Virus record (IMG/VR): IMGVR_UViG_3300047447_000196
Coordinates: 1-64,000 of that record
From: a virus
Taxonomy: Duplodnaviria > Caudoviricetes
Length of the DNA: 64,000 bases
Reading direction: 5' to 3' (one strand)
Shown here: positions 35,420 to 44,509 of the stretch, piece by piece
Numbering within the stretch: the stretch's first letter is position 1
Layout of the letters: every line of letters begins with the position of its first letter
Position numbers and translations under genes: made by a program
Notes under the pieces: model-generated
The model's input: only the letters and a program-made list of their open reading frames with translations
Databases searched by the model: none
Told to the model about the DNA's origin: nothing

Positions 35420-35448
35420 AGGATACGAAACAAGGGCGCGCAATTCAA
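35420..35448 (-). promoter_or_regulatory. Sigma70-type late promoter (pR'-like) downstream of Q
   Basis: TTGAAT-17 bp-TATCCT on minus strand. Confidence 0.6.
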
Positions 35449-35963
35449 GCCATTTTTACCTCGGCGTCCTCGCGGTCGCTGCGCAGCTTCTTGTTGGCGC
35501 GGAACATTCCGCGGCGTTCGTACGCTTCCAGTTCCTCGACCATGTCGAGCACGTAGTCGCGGATCGTCTTGTCGCAGCGCAGCTCGGCCTTGCCAGTGCC
35601 CTGGCACAGCGGGCAATCGCGCTCGGACAGCACCGGCGCGCCCAGCTCCTTGACCTTGCCGTGCCCGGTGCAGGCCGGGCACACCGAATTGAGCCAGTAG
35701 CGCAGCGAGAAGTGCGCCACCGAGTCGACCCGGACGTGTTCCGGCCAGCTGCGCAGCCCGGCCTTGCGCGACACCATCCAGGTCCACTCGTCGAGGGTGC
35801 GCCGGTAGCTGGGCGCGTCCAGCGCGTATTTCAGGCGGATGATCTTGGAACTGAACCCGCCGGCCAGCGCGACCGCCATCAGCACCTCGGGCGCGGTATG
35901 CAGCGCGTCGTTGCGCAGGTTGCCGGACAGGGTCGCGCAGGCGTAGCGTTCGGCCAGGGACAT
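35445..35963 (-). CDS. Q-like late antiterminator with CxxCxGxG zinc fingers
   Basis: CPACTGHG...CPLCQGTG; last early gene before the late promoter. Confidence 0.7.
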   Translation of the reverse strand: MSLAERYACATLSGNLRNDALHTAPEVLMAVALAGGFSSKIIRLKYALDAPSYRRTLDEWTWMVSRKAGLRSWPEHVRVDSVAHFSLRYWLNSVCPACTGHGKVKELGAPVLSERDCPLCQGTGKAELRCDKTIRDYVLDMVEELEAYERRGMFRANKKLRSDREDAEVKMA

Positions 35964-35973
35964 GGGATCTTCC

Positions 35974-36165
35974 TCAGACGAGTTTCAGGGTATTGAGGAC
36001 ATGGTCGATGGCGCGGTCGACCTGCTGCGGGGTCGGATTGCCGCCGATGATCGGGTCGATCAGGGCGGCGATCTCGTCCTGGCGCTCCTCGCTGGCGCAC
36101 AGCATCAGGCGCAGCATGCGGTAGCGCCTGGCATCGCGCTCGTTCTCTTGGGCTTGGGTAATCAC
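35974..36165 (-). CDS. Hypothetical protein
   Basis: DARRYRMLR...VDRAID. Confidence 0.55.
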   Translation of the reverse strand: MITQAQENERDARRYRMLRLMLCASEERQDEIAALIDPIIGGNPTPQQVDRAIDHVLNTLKLV

Positions 36166-36503
36166 TTGGTCTCCAGGATGTCGATGTTGTACTTGTGCTT
36201 CATCAGGTGCCGCTTAATTCTGTAGACGGGAGTCAACATTCCTTTGACGTCCTCGATCACCTGGCGGCCCTCGGCGGTCAGGTAGGCAAAATCGGCCACG
36301 TAGCGGATCGCCGGGGTGGCGCGCTTCGATCCCAGCAAACGCACCGGCGGCACCAGCTCGAACGACACCTGGCGGCGCAGCTGCGAGATCTGGCCGTCCT
36401 CCTCCTGCAGGCGCAGCACCAGGTAGCGCCGCGCCTCGGCCTGCGAGTCGAACAGGACGCCGTTCACCTCGGTACGCTTGTTGCGGTACTTGGGCTGGCG
36501 CAT
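36162..36503 (-). CDS. DUF1064-like PD-(D/E)xK nuclease
   Basis: KYRNKRTEVNGVLFDSQAEARRY...YVADFAY...VIEDVKG...YRIKRHLM. Confidence 0.85.
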   Translation of the reverse strand: MRQPKYRNKRTEVNGVLFDSQAEARRYLVLRLQEEDGQISQLRRQVSFELVPPVRLLGSKRATPAIRYVADFAYLTAEGRQVIEDVKGMLTPVYRIKRHLMKHKYNIDILETK

Positions 36504-36721
36504 CAATAGTCCTCCCCTGCCAGGCGCCGGAAGCGCGCCGTCGGCAGGACCACCACCTCGGCCAGCTGGCGCGGCTGCTTGAGGCGCTGTTCGCGGCGGT
36601 TGATCTCGGCGATCGCGCGGGTTCTGGCGCGGGCGCGCACGCTCGGGTCGCTCGACATGGCCTCGGCCAGGTTGCGCGCTTGCCGGGCGGCGCGCACCCT
36701 GGCGATCTGGATCACGCCCAT
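36503..36721 (-). CDS. Basic hypothetical protein
   Basis: MGVIQIARVR..., TGATG coupling. Confidence 0.5.
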   Translation of the reverse strand: MGVIQIARVRAARQARNLAEAMSSDPSVRARARTRAIAEINRREQRLKQPRQLAEVVVLPTARFRRLAGEDY

Positions 36722-37119
36722 CACGCGGTCTCCCTGGTGCAGCGGCCGTAGTGGCTGGGCACGCCTTTCAGGTCGTTGCTGCCCTCCCTCTGGCCGCGCG
36801 AGGACGGCATGTTCTGGCGCGAGAGCGGTTTGAATGGCGGCATCGTGCGCGGCGGCACGCGCGGCGCGTTCGGGTCTTCGGCCGGCTGGATCAGGCCGTA
36901 GCGCACCAGCAGCGCCTCGCTGGCGTGGTAGCGCTGGCCGACCTTCACCGCGCAGCCACGCATGACCAGGTCCTCGTACAACGACTCGATCTCGGCCAGC
37001 GACAGGTTCATGGTGCCGAGGGTGCCGATGCCCTCCTGCGGCGTGACGCAGGCGCCGGCCAGCAGCAGGTTGGTGATCTTGCGCTGGTTCGAGTTCGAGG
37101 GCGGCATCTTCATCTTCAT
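36721..37119 (-). CDS. Hypothetical protein
   Basis: 132 aa, coupled. Confidence 0.55.
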   Translation of the reverse strand: MKMKMPPSNSNQRKITNLLLAGACVTPQEGIGTLGTMNLSLAEIESLYEDLVMRGCAVKVGQRYHASEALLVRYGLIQPAEDPNAPRVPPRTMPPFKPLSRQNMPSSRGQREGSNDLKGVPSHYGRCTRETA

Positions 37120-37541
37120 GGTGCTTCTCCTTCGCTGTAGACCGGGTCCAGGCCGTGCTCGGCCATCCAGAGGGCCAGGCGCTGGTGGTTGTTGTCAGGG
37201 GTCTGGCGGTAGCCGTGCTGCACGGCGCGCGCCAGGTTGAGGACGTACTCGCGGCCGGGGCCGGGGTGGCGCAGCTCGCGCCGCCACTCGGCCATGTCCT
37301 CATAGGTCCAGCCGTACTGCCTTGCCACCACTTCCAGCGCCCGCACCACGCGCGCCATGCGCGGGATGTCCTCGAGCGCGGCGCGCTTGATGCGGATGCG
37401 CGTCTTCTCGAGGTCGATGTCGGCCTTCTCCCAGTCGAAGAACCAGGCGACCTTGTTGAAATCCTTCTCGTAGTCACGCGAGACGCGGATCTTGGTCGTG
37501 GCCGGCTCCACCGGGCGCGGGGCGCGGGGCAGGTATCCCAT
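37116..37541 (-). CDS. Hypothetical protein
   Basis: 141 aa, coupled. Confidence 0.6.
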   Translation of the reverse strand: MGYLPRAPRPVEPATTKIRVSRDYEKDFNKVAWFFDWEKADIDLEKTRIRIKRAALEDIPRMARVVRALEVVARQYGWTYEDMAEWRRELRHPGPGREYVLNLARAVQHGYRQTPDNNHQRLALWMAEHGLDPVYSEGEAP

Positions 37542-38113
37542 CAGGCGCCGGTGCGGATGCTGGTGCTGTACATCGACATGTTCCCGTAGGCCTCGGCCAC
37601 GCCGGCGCTGCTGGCGGCCACGCCGCGGGTGTTGGCGCCGCTGATGCCGAACGTCTCGGCGGCCTTGAAGGCGTCGATGCCGGCGCCCTGGAACAGGACC
37701 GCCCAGCCCTTGTCGTCCTCGTACAGCTTGATCAGGGCCTTGGCGCCCTCGACCGTGAACTTGCGGCTGGCGTTCTCCTCGCCGTCGGTGAAGATGTTGA
37801 CGATCACCTTGTCGGTCCAGGCCTCGCGCGCGATGCGCTCGCCCTGTTTCATGAAGGTCATGCCGATCGCGTCGGCCAGCGCGGTGCTGCCGATCGTGAC
37901 GTACTGGGCCTGCGTCAGGTTGCCCAGGTGGGCGATGTTGACGCCCTCGTACACGGTCTCGATCTCGCTGTTGAACAGGATCAGCGTGGCGCGAGCATGG
38001 CCCGGCAGGGTGCGCTGTTCCATCAGGTAGCCGTTCAGGCCGCCGATGGTGTCGGTGCGCAGCTTTTCCATCGAGCCGCTGCGGTCCAGGATGTTGATGA
38101 TTTCTACGTTCAT
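37541..38113 (-). CDS. vWA-domain protein
   Basis: ILDRSGSM (MIDAS), TALADAIG, IFTDGEENAS, VLFQGAGIDA. Confidence 0.85.
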   Translation of the reverse strand: MNVEIINILDRSGSMEKLRTDTIGGLNGYLMEQRTLPGHARATLILFNSEIETVYEGVNIAHLGNLTQAQYVTIGSTALADAIGMTFMKQGERIAREAWTDKVIVNIFTDGEENASRKFTVEGAKALIKLYEDDKGWAVLFQGAGIDAFKAAETFGISGANTRGVAASSAGVAEAYGNMSMYSTSIRTGA

Positions 38114-38430
38114 AAAGCCCCTTCGTGGTTGACCATCTAAAACCGTGCGCCCAGCAGGGTCCAAAGGTGAGAGGGAGCAGGCAGGCTGCTACTGGCTCTC
38201 ACCTGCGCCATGCCACCGCTGTTCTGGGGCACCACGCCGCTCGCTGGAGTCCGAATTTCCTCGACCTGGCGTTGTCTCACCCCCTTGGCACCAGGTCTTG
38301 CTGCGATCGCTTCGGCAACGTCGCGTCGGCGCGCCTGCAAGGTTGGGCAGGGGCCGGTCTTTTTGCGGTGGGGACCGATCCAGGTCCATGCACGTTTGAT
38401 CAGGGTGTCGTCCGCGCCACCCGGGCTTGC

Positions 38431-39321
38431 CTACCGGATCACCGGCCGCGCCGCCCGCATCAGTTCCATGCGCAGCCGGCGCGGGCCGGCTTCTCCCCAT
38501 TCCAGCAGCGCGTCGGCCCAGTCCGTGCCGATGATGTTGGCCGGGTAGGCCACGCCACAGCCGAGCAGCGCGGCCGCTTCCTTCGCCTTCTCGATGCCGG
38601 GGTTGAAGCCGCGCCGGGCCTCGGTCTCCCAGTCGTTGTCGGCGCACACCACGGCCAGGCCTTCGACGCGCGCGTTCTCGGCCACGACGACCAGGTTGCC
38701 GGCGTCCAGGCAGATCTCGACGGCCGCGTTCGGCAGGTTCTGGAACACCGCCAGGCCGGTCGCAAACCCTTCGGTGAAGCCGTGCAGCACGCTGCCGGGG
38801 CGGGCCAGCACCAGGGACGCGCCCTTGGTCGAGCAGCCGGGATAGTTCTTCTTGGTCCCGTCCGGCCAGATCCGCTGCACGGTGGCCAGGCGCCCTTCGC
38901 GGTACAAAGGCCAGACCAGGATCTCGCCGTCCACGCGCAGCTGCGAGCAGCCGAGCATCGACAGGCCCTTGGCGGCGAGGTACGGGTGGCCGCCTTCCAG
39001 GCGCGGCAGGCCGTGGAAGTAGGACGCCATGTCCCCATAGGCGCGCGCCGCCCTGGCCCGCTCGCGCTGGCGGCGCGCGGCGTTGTCGCGCTCGATCTTC
39101 TTGCGCTCGACCGGGGTGATCGGGGTGTCGTCGGACCACTCGATCCACTCCTCGTCGACCGCGTAATCCTTGAAGTAGCCACGGCGGCCGCCCACGCGCA
39201 GCATGTAGACGCCGTTCTTCTTCTTCGGCTTGTCGACCGTGGCGCAGCGATACCAGACGCCGTTCGGGGCGACCTCGCCCGGAATGAAGCCGGCGGCCAG
39301 CAGCGTGTTATAGAAATCCAT
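38431..39321 (-). CDS. Toprim-domain DNA primase (TraC-like)
   Basis: HPYLAAKG, TVQRIWPDGTKK, EGFATG, DAGNL, CADND, GTDWAD. Confidence 0.85.
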   Translation of the reverse strand: MDFYNTLLAAGFIPGEVAPNGVWYRCATVDKPKKKNGVYMLRVGGRRGYFKDYAVDEEWIEWSDDTPITPVERKKIERDNAARRQRERARAARAYGDMASYFHGLPRLEGGHPYLAAKGLSMLGCSQLRVDGEILVWPLYREGRLATVQRIWPDGTKKNYPGCSTKGASLVLARPGSVLHGFTEGFATGLAVFQNLPNAAVEICLDAGNLVVVAENARVEGLAVVCADNDWETEARRGFNPGIEKAKEAAALLGCGVAYPANIIGTDWADALLEWGEAGPRRLRMELMRAARPVIR

Positions 39322-40820
39322 TACCGGCCTCCCCTGCCGAAGCCGCGGGCCTTGCCGATGGCGATGTCGATCGACTTGAGTTTTCCGCGCACCCAGTCCT
39401 TCGGTTCGACCGGCTCGACCTCGGCCAGCGGGATGCGCGGCGCCGGATAGCCGGTCATCTTGGTATAGCGGTCGCGCACCCACTTCTCGGCGACGTCGGC
39501 CGGCTTCTTGCGGCGCAGCGCCTCGTGCACCAGCTGCGGGTACAGGTCGGCCTCGACCTCGGTGCGCGAGAACGCGGCCAGCAGCTCGACCATGCTGCCC
39601 GGCTCGTGGCGTACGGCTTCGCGCGGCGGGTAGACGTGGCCGCAGGTCGGGCAGAACGGCTGCGGGTGGTGCAGGCACTTGCAGGCCGGGCACTTGACCG
39701 GCCTGGCCTCGCCCTTCTCGCGGCTCTTGCCGGCGGCGTTCTTGCGCCCGCGCACGAAGTCGAGCGCGCCTTCCTCGAAGAAACGGTTCCAGTCGTCCCA
39801 GAAGCGCTCGCTGTTGCCCGAGTGGTCGAGCACGATCAGGTCGTCCTTCCCCGGGCTGGTGCGCAGGCCCCGGCCGAACAGCTGGATGTACTCGGCGAGG
39901 GAGTTGGCCAGCGGGCGCGCCATGATGACCACGCCAATGTCGGGCACATCGAACCCTTTGCTGGCGGCCGTCACGGTGATCAGGCCCCGGATCGACGAGT
40001 CCGGGCGGCGGAATTCCTCGACCACGTCGGCGCGCTCGACGTCGCCCTCGCGGTAGGTGTAGGCCCGGGTCATGATATTGGCGGCCAGGAACTGGCGTTC
40101 CAGCTCCTGCACATGGGCCGTGTCGACCGCCGAGCAGATGAACTTGCGGTCCTGGCCCAGGCGCAGGTACTCGGCCACGCAATCGCCGACGACTTTACGG
40201 GCGCGGTCGCTGGTGGCGGCGGTGTCGAACTCGCCATTGACGATCGGCACGCCGGTCATGTCCGGCTCGCGCGCGGCGAAGATGCGAAACGGCGCCAGGT
40301 AGCCGCGGCGGATCAGGTCGTTGGTGGTGGCGACGTTGATCAGGACCTCGTACATCTTGTCCAGGCCGCGCGTGAAGGGGGTGGCGGTCAGGCCGATGAA
40401 GATGGTCGAGCCGTCGTCGTCCAGCATGCGCTTTTTGACGGCCTGGCTGATGGTGTGGCACTCGTCGACCAGGATCACGACGGCCGACGGCCATTTTCGC
40501 CGGCCCACGGTCTGGATCGAGCAGACCTGGACACGCTCCCACGGCGCCGCGCGCGGATGCACGCCCTGGATCACGCCGTGCGGGATGCCCTCGGCATCGA
40601 ACACCATCGAGGTCTGGTCGATCAGGTTGATGCGATCGCACACGAACGCGGCGCGGTGCATCTTTTTCAGGGTCTGGCGCACCATGAACGCGCCGATCTT
40701 GGTTTTACCCGAGCCGGTCGGGGCCACCAGGCAGATGCGGCGGTAGCCGGCGCGGATCGCGTTGCGGATGGATTCGATCGCGTCGATCTGGTAGTCGCGC
40801 AGGTCGCCGAAGTTCTCCAT
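39321..40820 (-). CDS. SF2 DEAD/DEAH-box helicase
   Basis: LRDYQ, APTGSGKT, VDECH, GLTATP, SKGFDVPD, QLFGRGLR, CPAC..CPTC. Confidence 0.92.
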   Translation of the reverse strand: MENFGDLRDYQIDAIESIRNAIRAGYRRICLVAPTGSGKTKIGAFMVRQTLKKMHRAAFVCDRINLIDQTSMVFDAEGIPHGVIQGVHPRAAPWERVQVCSIQTVGRRKWPSAVVILVDECHTISQAVKKRMLDDDGSTIFIGLTATPFTRGLDKMYEVLINVATTNDLIRRGYLAPFRIFAAREPDMTGVPIVNGEFDTAATSDRARKVVGDCVAEYLRLGQDRKFICSAVDTAHVQELERQFLAANIMTRAYTYREGDVERADVVEEFRRPDSSIRGLITVTAASKGFDVPDIGVVIMARPLANSLAEYIQLFGRGLRTSPGKDDLIVLDHSGNSERFWDDWNRFFEEGALDFVRGRKNAAGKSREKGEARPVKCPACKCLHHPQPFCPTCGHVYPPREAVRHEPGSMVELLAAFSRTEVEADLYPQLVHEALRRKKPADVAEKWVRDRYTKMTGYPAPRIPLAEVEPVEPKDWVRGKLKSIDIAIGKARGFGRGGR

Positions 40821-41153
40821 TCAGACGCCCCGCACCAGCTTGCGCACGCGCTCGAGCAGGTCGTGCTCGCTCGGCGCACCGACCAGGGCCACCAGGTCGC
40901 CGAGCAGCCGGCGGTGGTGCTGCAACTGGCGCTTATGGTTGTCGCGCTCGCGGGTCAGCTCGATCACCCGGGCCAGCTCCTGGTCGAGGCGGCGCTTGAT
41001 GCCGAAGCGCGCGCGGATCTCGGCCGCCAGCAGGTCGCCGCGGTGGCCGGCATTGAGCGCGTCGAGCTGGGCGGTCAGGATCTCGACCTCCTCGTTCAGG
41101 AGGTCGATCATTTCCTCGGCGGATGGCGCGCCCAGGTCGTCGTCGGCGCTCAT
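40821..41153 (-). CDS. Coiled-coil hypothetical protein
   Basis: MSADDDLGAP..., coupled. Confidence 0.55.
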   Translation of the reverse strand: MSADDDLGAPSAEEMIDLLNEEVEILTAQLDALNAGHRGDLLAAEIRARFGIKRRLDQELARVIELTRERDNHKRQLQHHRRLLGDLVALVGAPSEHDLLERVRKLVRGV

Positions 41154-41581
41154 TTGCACACCTGCCAGTGGTAGCCGCGGCGGCGGTGGCGGTCCTCGAT
41201 GCTCGCTTGTTCCAGCTGGCTGCGCTTGGTCCTCTCGGCGTCGGTGCGGTAAAAGCTCTTGCGCGCCTCGTTGATATAGCCGCGGCTCTGGCCGTTGAAC
41301 ACGAACGCCTCGACCTGCGGGGCCAGCGCCAGGCGTGCCCGGTCGTCGGCGGCATCCCATAGCGCATCCGACAGCGGCCGGTTCGATTCGGCCAAGTAGG
41401 TGCGGACGGTACGCCGGCGCCCTTTGAACGCCCACTGGCCGAGCCAGGGGTACAGGGAGTGCGCATCGGCGAACTCGATCCGCGGCCCGTCCTCGGCCAG
41501 CACCTGCAGGTAGGTGAGCAGGGACCAGTCCTTGACCCAGGCGACGATGAAATACTGCGCGGCTTTCCGGCGGTCCATCAT
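41150..41581 (-). CDS. Hypothetical protein
   Basis: MMDRRKAAQY..., coupled. Confidence 0.55.
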   Translation of the reverse strand: MMDRRKAAQYFIVAWVKDWSLLTYLQVLAEDGPRIEFADAHSLYPWLGQWAFKGRRRTVRTYLAESNRPLSDALWDAADDRARLALAPQVEAFVFNGQSRGYINEARKSFYRTDAERTKRSQLEQASIEDRHRRRGYHWQVCK

Positions 41582-41982
41582 GGCGCGACCCCCAGGCGTT
41601 CGTTGCACAGCGCGCGCAGTTCCTGCTGGGTGCCGTACAGCTTCTCGAAGCGCGCCTTGTTCGGATGGACGGCCACCAGGCTCTTGTCGTTGCCGGTGCC
41701 CTGCTGGTGGTGGCCGGCGCATAAAGGCAAGACATTCATGTGGCAGCCCGGTTTCGTGCGGCCGTCGATGTGGTGGATCGACACGTAGTCGGAGGTCGGC
41801 AGGCCGGCCACGCGGCAGGCGATGCAGCCGATCTCGCGCGCCAGGCGGTCCCAGTACGCCGCTTCCTGCGCCGAGACGGCGCGCTGGCGGCTTTTACCGA
41901 GGCCGCTCTTGCGGGTGGCCGGCGCCTTGGCGCGGGCGCGGCGGACAAAGCCGGTGCGCTGCAGGATCGCGGTGCGCTTCAT
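41578..41982 (-). CDS. ref: Ref-family RecA-dependent HNH nuclease
   Basis: GCIACR...IHHIDGRTKPGCH..VLPLCAGHHQ...HPNKARFEKLYGTQQEL. Confidence 0.82.
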   Translation of the reverse strand: MKRTAILQRTGFVRRARAKAPATRKSGLGKSRQRAVSAQEAAYWDRLAREIGCIACRVAGLPTSDYVSIHHIDGRTKPGCHMNVLPLCAGHHQQGTGNDKSLVAVHPNKARFEKLYGTQQELRALCNERLGVAP

Positions 41983-42551
41983 TTGAGCGAACTCGCCCTG
42001 ACCACGCGCATGCCCAGCTGGCGCGCCAGGTAGACCTCGGTGCTGGCGCCCTTCGAGCGCTCCCAGCCAGGCAGGGTCCCGACGGTGTCGCAGTGTTCCA
42101 GCATGTCGGCCAGGTCGATGCGCATGAACTCGGCCCAGTCGCTGTCGGGCGGCAGGTCGACCTCGGCCGGATTGATCACGCGCAGACCCAGGTTGCGCAG
42201 GCGCGCGGCCTCGGCGTTAAATGCGGGAAAATTCAGCTCGGGCTTGCCGGTCATCGGCCCGGACAGGTAGATCGCGTCACGCGGCGGGCGCTGGCGGAAC
42301 GGCCGCGGCTCGTTCAGGTTGTAGTCCTCGCGCAGCTGCTCGCACTGGACCGCCCCTTCGGTGGCGGTCTCGACGGCGGCGCAGCGCGCGATCGGCAGGC
42401 GTTTATGACGCCACTGCAGCACGGCCTGGGGCGAGACGCCCAGCTTGCGGGCCAGGCTGCTGGCCGAACCGACGGTGGCGATCGCGGTGTCGAGGGTGGC
42501 CTGTTCGCGGCGGCGGGTGGCCGCCCGGGTCCGTGCGGAAAGTTTTTTCAT
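41979..42551 (-). CDS. Cro/YdaS-like HTH fused to DUF4406 domain
   Basis: GSASSLARKLGVSPQAVLQW...VETATEGAV..EQLR, then IYLSGPMTG.PELNFPAF...NPAE...LPGWERSKGASTE. Confidence 0.82.
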   Translation of the reverse strand: MKKLSARTRAATRRREQATLDTAIATVGSASSLARKLGVSPQAVLQWRHKRLPIARCAAVETATEGAVQCEQLREDYNLNEPRPFRQRPPRDAIYLSGPMTGKPELNFPAFNAEAARLRNLGLRVINPAEVDLPPDSDWAEFMRIDLADMLEHCDTVGTLPGWERSKGASTEVYLARQLGMRVVRASSLK

Positions 42552-42558
42552 GTGGCCT

Positions 42559-42618
42559 ATTCTACAAGCAACACTTTAAAACTCAAGCAAAACTTTAACG
42601 AATCAAGCGCCCCTTAAA
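42559..42618. promoter_or_regulatory. OR: three operators (consensus TTAAAG-N5-CTTTAA) overlapping the cro promoter
   Basis: TACAAG-N5-CTTTAA (42563), CTCAAG-N5-CTTTAA (42582), ATCAAG-N5-CTTAAA (42602); minus-strand TTGAGT-16-TAGAAT. Confidence 0.7.
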
Positions 42619-42676
42619 CTTCCGCTGTGATATGTTGCCACTTGTGAATATTCACGACTTTGAGACGGGACCTACC

Positions 42677-43306
42677 ATGCCAACCATTCACGAACGGATT
42701 AAACGCTTGCGCGAGAAGAAGGGAATGAGCCGCGCAGATCTTGCAGAGAGGGTGAAGGTCACACAACAGGCCGTGCACGGCTGGGAACAAAAAGGCGCCG
42801 TGCCGTCGCATAGTCGGCTGCGAACACTTGCCGAAGTCTTAAATACAACAACGGAATACTTGTCCGCTGGAATTGATGTTAATGTTCCGTTAGCACAAAA
42901 ATATACTTTGGTAAGGTTGCTAGGGACGGACAAAGAAGGAGGCTCGGCAGTGAATTTCCATGATGAAGTCGGCGGCCTCGTCGACGATGTACACAGCTAT
43001 GCCTACCGCAGGGACTTCCTGCTGCGGCTGGGCGTGGCGCCCGAGCATTGCCGCGTCTACATGGCGGAAAACAGCGGCATGAACCTGGGCGAGCAGCTGC
43101 TCGTCGACACCAGCCAGACCGAGATCGAGAACGACAAGGTATTCCTGCTCGACACCCCGGCCGGCGTCCAGGTGCGGCGCCTGCACATCCAGCTGGACGG
43201 GTCGGTGCGGGTCATCGCCGACAGCCCGGCCGTGCCGCAGCAGGTGGTGCCGGCCGGCGTGGTCAAGCTGATCGGCAAGGTCGTCGCGCACCAGGGCGCA
43301 TTGTAG
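42677..43306 (+). CDS. cI: CI-like repressor (XRE HTH + degenerate S24 domain)
   Basis: RIKRLREKKGMSRADLAERVKVTQQAVHGWE; GEQLLVD...VRRL...IGKVV; divergent from cro. Confidence 0.85.
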   Translation: MPTIHERIKRLREKKGMSRADLAERVKVTQQAVHGWEQKGAVPSHSRLRTLAEVLNTTTEYLSAGIDVNVPLAQKYTLVRLLGTDKEGGSAVNFHDEVGGLVDDVHSYAYRRDFLLRLGVAPEHCRVYMAENSGMNLGEQLLVDTSQTEIENDKVFLLDTPAGVQVRRLHIQLDGSVRVIADSPAVPQQVVPAGVVKLIGKVVAHQGAL

Positions 43307-43325
43307 TTATTTCAACACACCAACC

Positions 43326-43355
43326 GGGCCGGCTTTTACGCCGGCCCTTTTTTTT
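43326..43355 (+). terminator. Intrinsic terminator after cI
   Basis: GGGCCGGC-loop-GCCGGCCC-T8. Confidence 0.75.
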
Positions 43356-43489
43356 GCCCTCTCCCCAAGCGCGCTCGAGGAGGTCTCAAAGCATTGATCA
43401 GAGATGATCAGAGATGACCAGAGATCGCCAGATGCACATGCAGAACGCTTAACATTGCGTTTCCACAACAAAGTGTAATGGAATGTAGA

Positions 43490-43551
43490 TTAAAGTCCGA
43501 CTCAAAACTTTAAAGTTTCGCTTGTACATTAAAGCCAAACTTTAATAGACT
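43490..43551 (+). promoter_or_regulatory. OL: three operators and early promoter
   Basis: TTAAAG-N5-CTCAAA (43490), TTAAAG-N5-CTTGTA (43510), TTAAAG-N5-CTTTAA (43529); TTGTAC...TAGACT. Confidence 0.7.
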
Positions 43552-43559
43552 GGTTTCTG

Positions 43560-44000
43560 TTGCCTCACAACAAACAGGAGCCGCCGTTGGACCATACCGC
43601 CTACATCACGCTGCCCGAACTTTCCCTGCCGCTCGGCCCCAACGGGGCGGTGCTGATGCACCTGGCCGGGCCGATCCTGCTGGAAGTCGAGTTCACCTAC
43701 GAGCCGGGCTACCCGGGCCGTCCGGCCAGTGCCAGCGGCGACCCGGGCGACCCCGGCCTGCCCGAGGAATTCGACTTCAAGCATGTGCGCACCCAGCACC
43801 CGCTGGTGCTGACCTCCCCGGACAGCGACATCCGCACCGTGATCTCGGCCGGCCATGACCTGTTCGAGCACCTGACCGCGCTGCAGCTGCTGGCGATCGA
43901 GACCGAGCTGGTCCAGCGCCGCCGCGACAGCCGCCTGGACGCGAAGGTCGACGAGGCGATCGTGGCCCGCGCGATGGGCTACCTGGGGGACGTGGCATGA
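43560..44000 (+). CDS. Hypothetical protein
   Basis: 146 aa, first gene after OL. Confidence 0.55.
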   Translation: MPHNKQEPPLDHTAYITLPELSLPLGPNGAVLMHLAGPILLEVEFTYEPGYPGRPASASGDPGDPGLPEEFDFKHVRTQHPLVLTSPDSDIRTVISAGHDLFEHLTALQLLAIETELVQRRRDSRLDAKVDEAIVARAMGYLGDVA

Positions 44001-44509
44001 ACGCGCCGGCCGTGAAAACCCACTGGAAGCAGCTGATCGACCCCCGCTTCGTCGGCGTCTACGCCCTGCCGAACGGCGAGGACATGACGGTGACGATCAA
44101 GTACGTCCAGAAGGAAACCATCACCATGATGGGCGGCAAGAAGGAAGACCACTCGCTGGCCTACCTGGTCGAAACCAAGCCCCTCATCCTCAACAGCACC
44201 AACAGCAAGACGATCGAGAAGCTGTACGGTCCCTACATCGAGGACTGGGCCGGCCGCAAGATCACGCTGTACGCCAGCACGACGAAACTCGGCAGCGAAA
44301 TGGTCGAGTGCCTGCGCATCCGCGCCAAGGTCCCGGCCGAGGTGAAGGCGGCGCTGCCGGGGCCGCGCATGAACGCGGCGCTGCAGGCGGTCAGGGAGGG
44401 CAAGTATTCGGCCGAGTCGCTGCGCGTGAAATACGCGCTCACCCCGGACCAGGAGGCCAGCCTGGCCGCGCTCGAGCTTGAACTGGCCGCCAAACCGGAG
44501 GGTGCCTGA
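43997..44509 (+). CDS. Phage recombination-module protein
   Basis: KPLILNSTNSKTIEKLYG..IEDWAG.KITLY...ECLRIR; lies beside the exonuclease. Confidence 0.7.
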   Translation: MNAPAVKTHWKQLIDPRFVGVYALPNGEDMTVTIKYVQKETITMMGGKKEDHSLAYLVETKPLILNSTNSKTIEKLYGPYIEDWAGRKITLYASTTKLGSEMVECLRIRAKVPAEVKAALPGPRMNAALQAVREGKYSAESLRVKYALTPDQEASLAALELELAAKPEGA

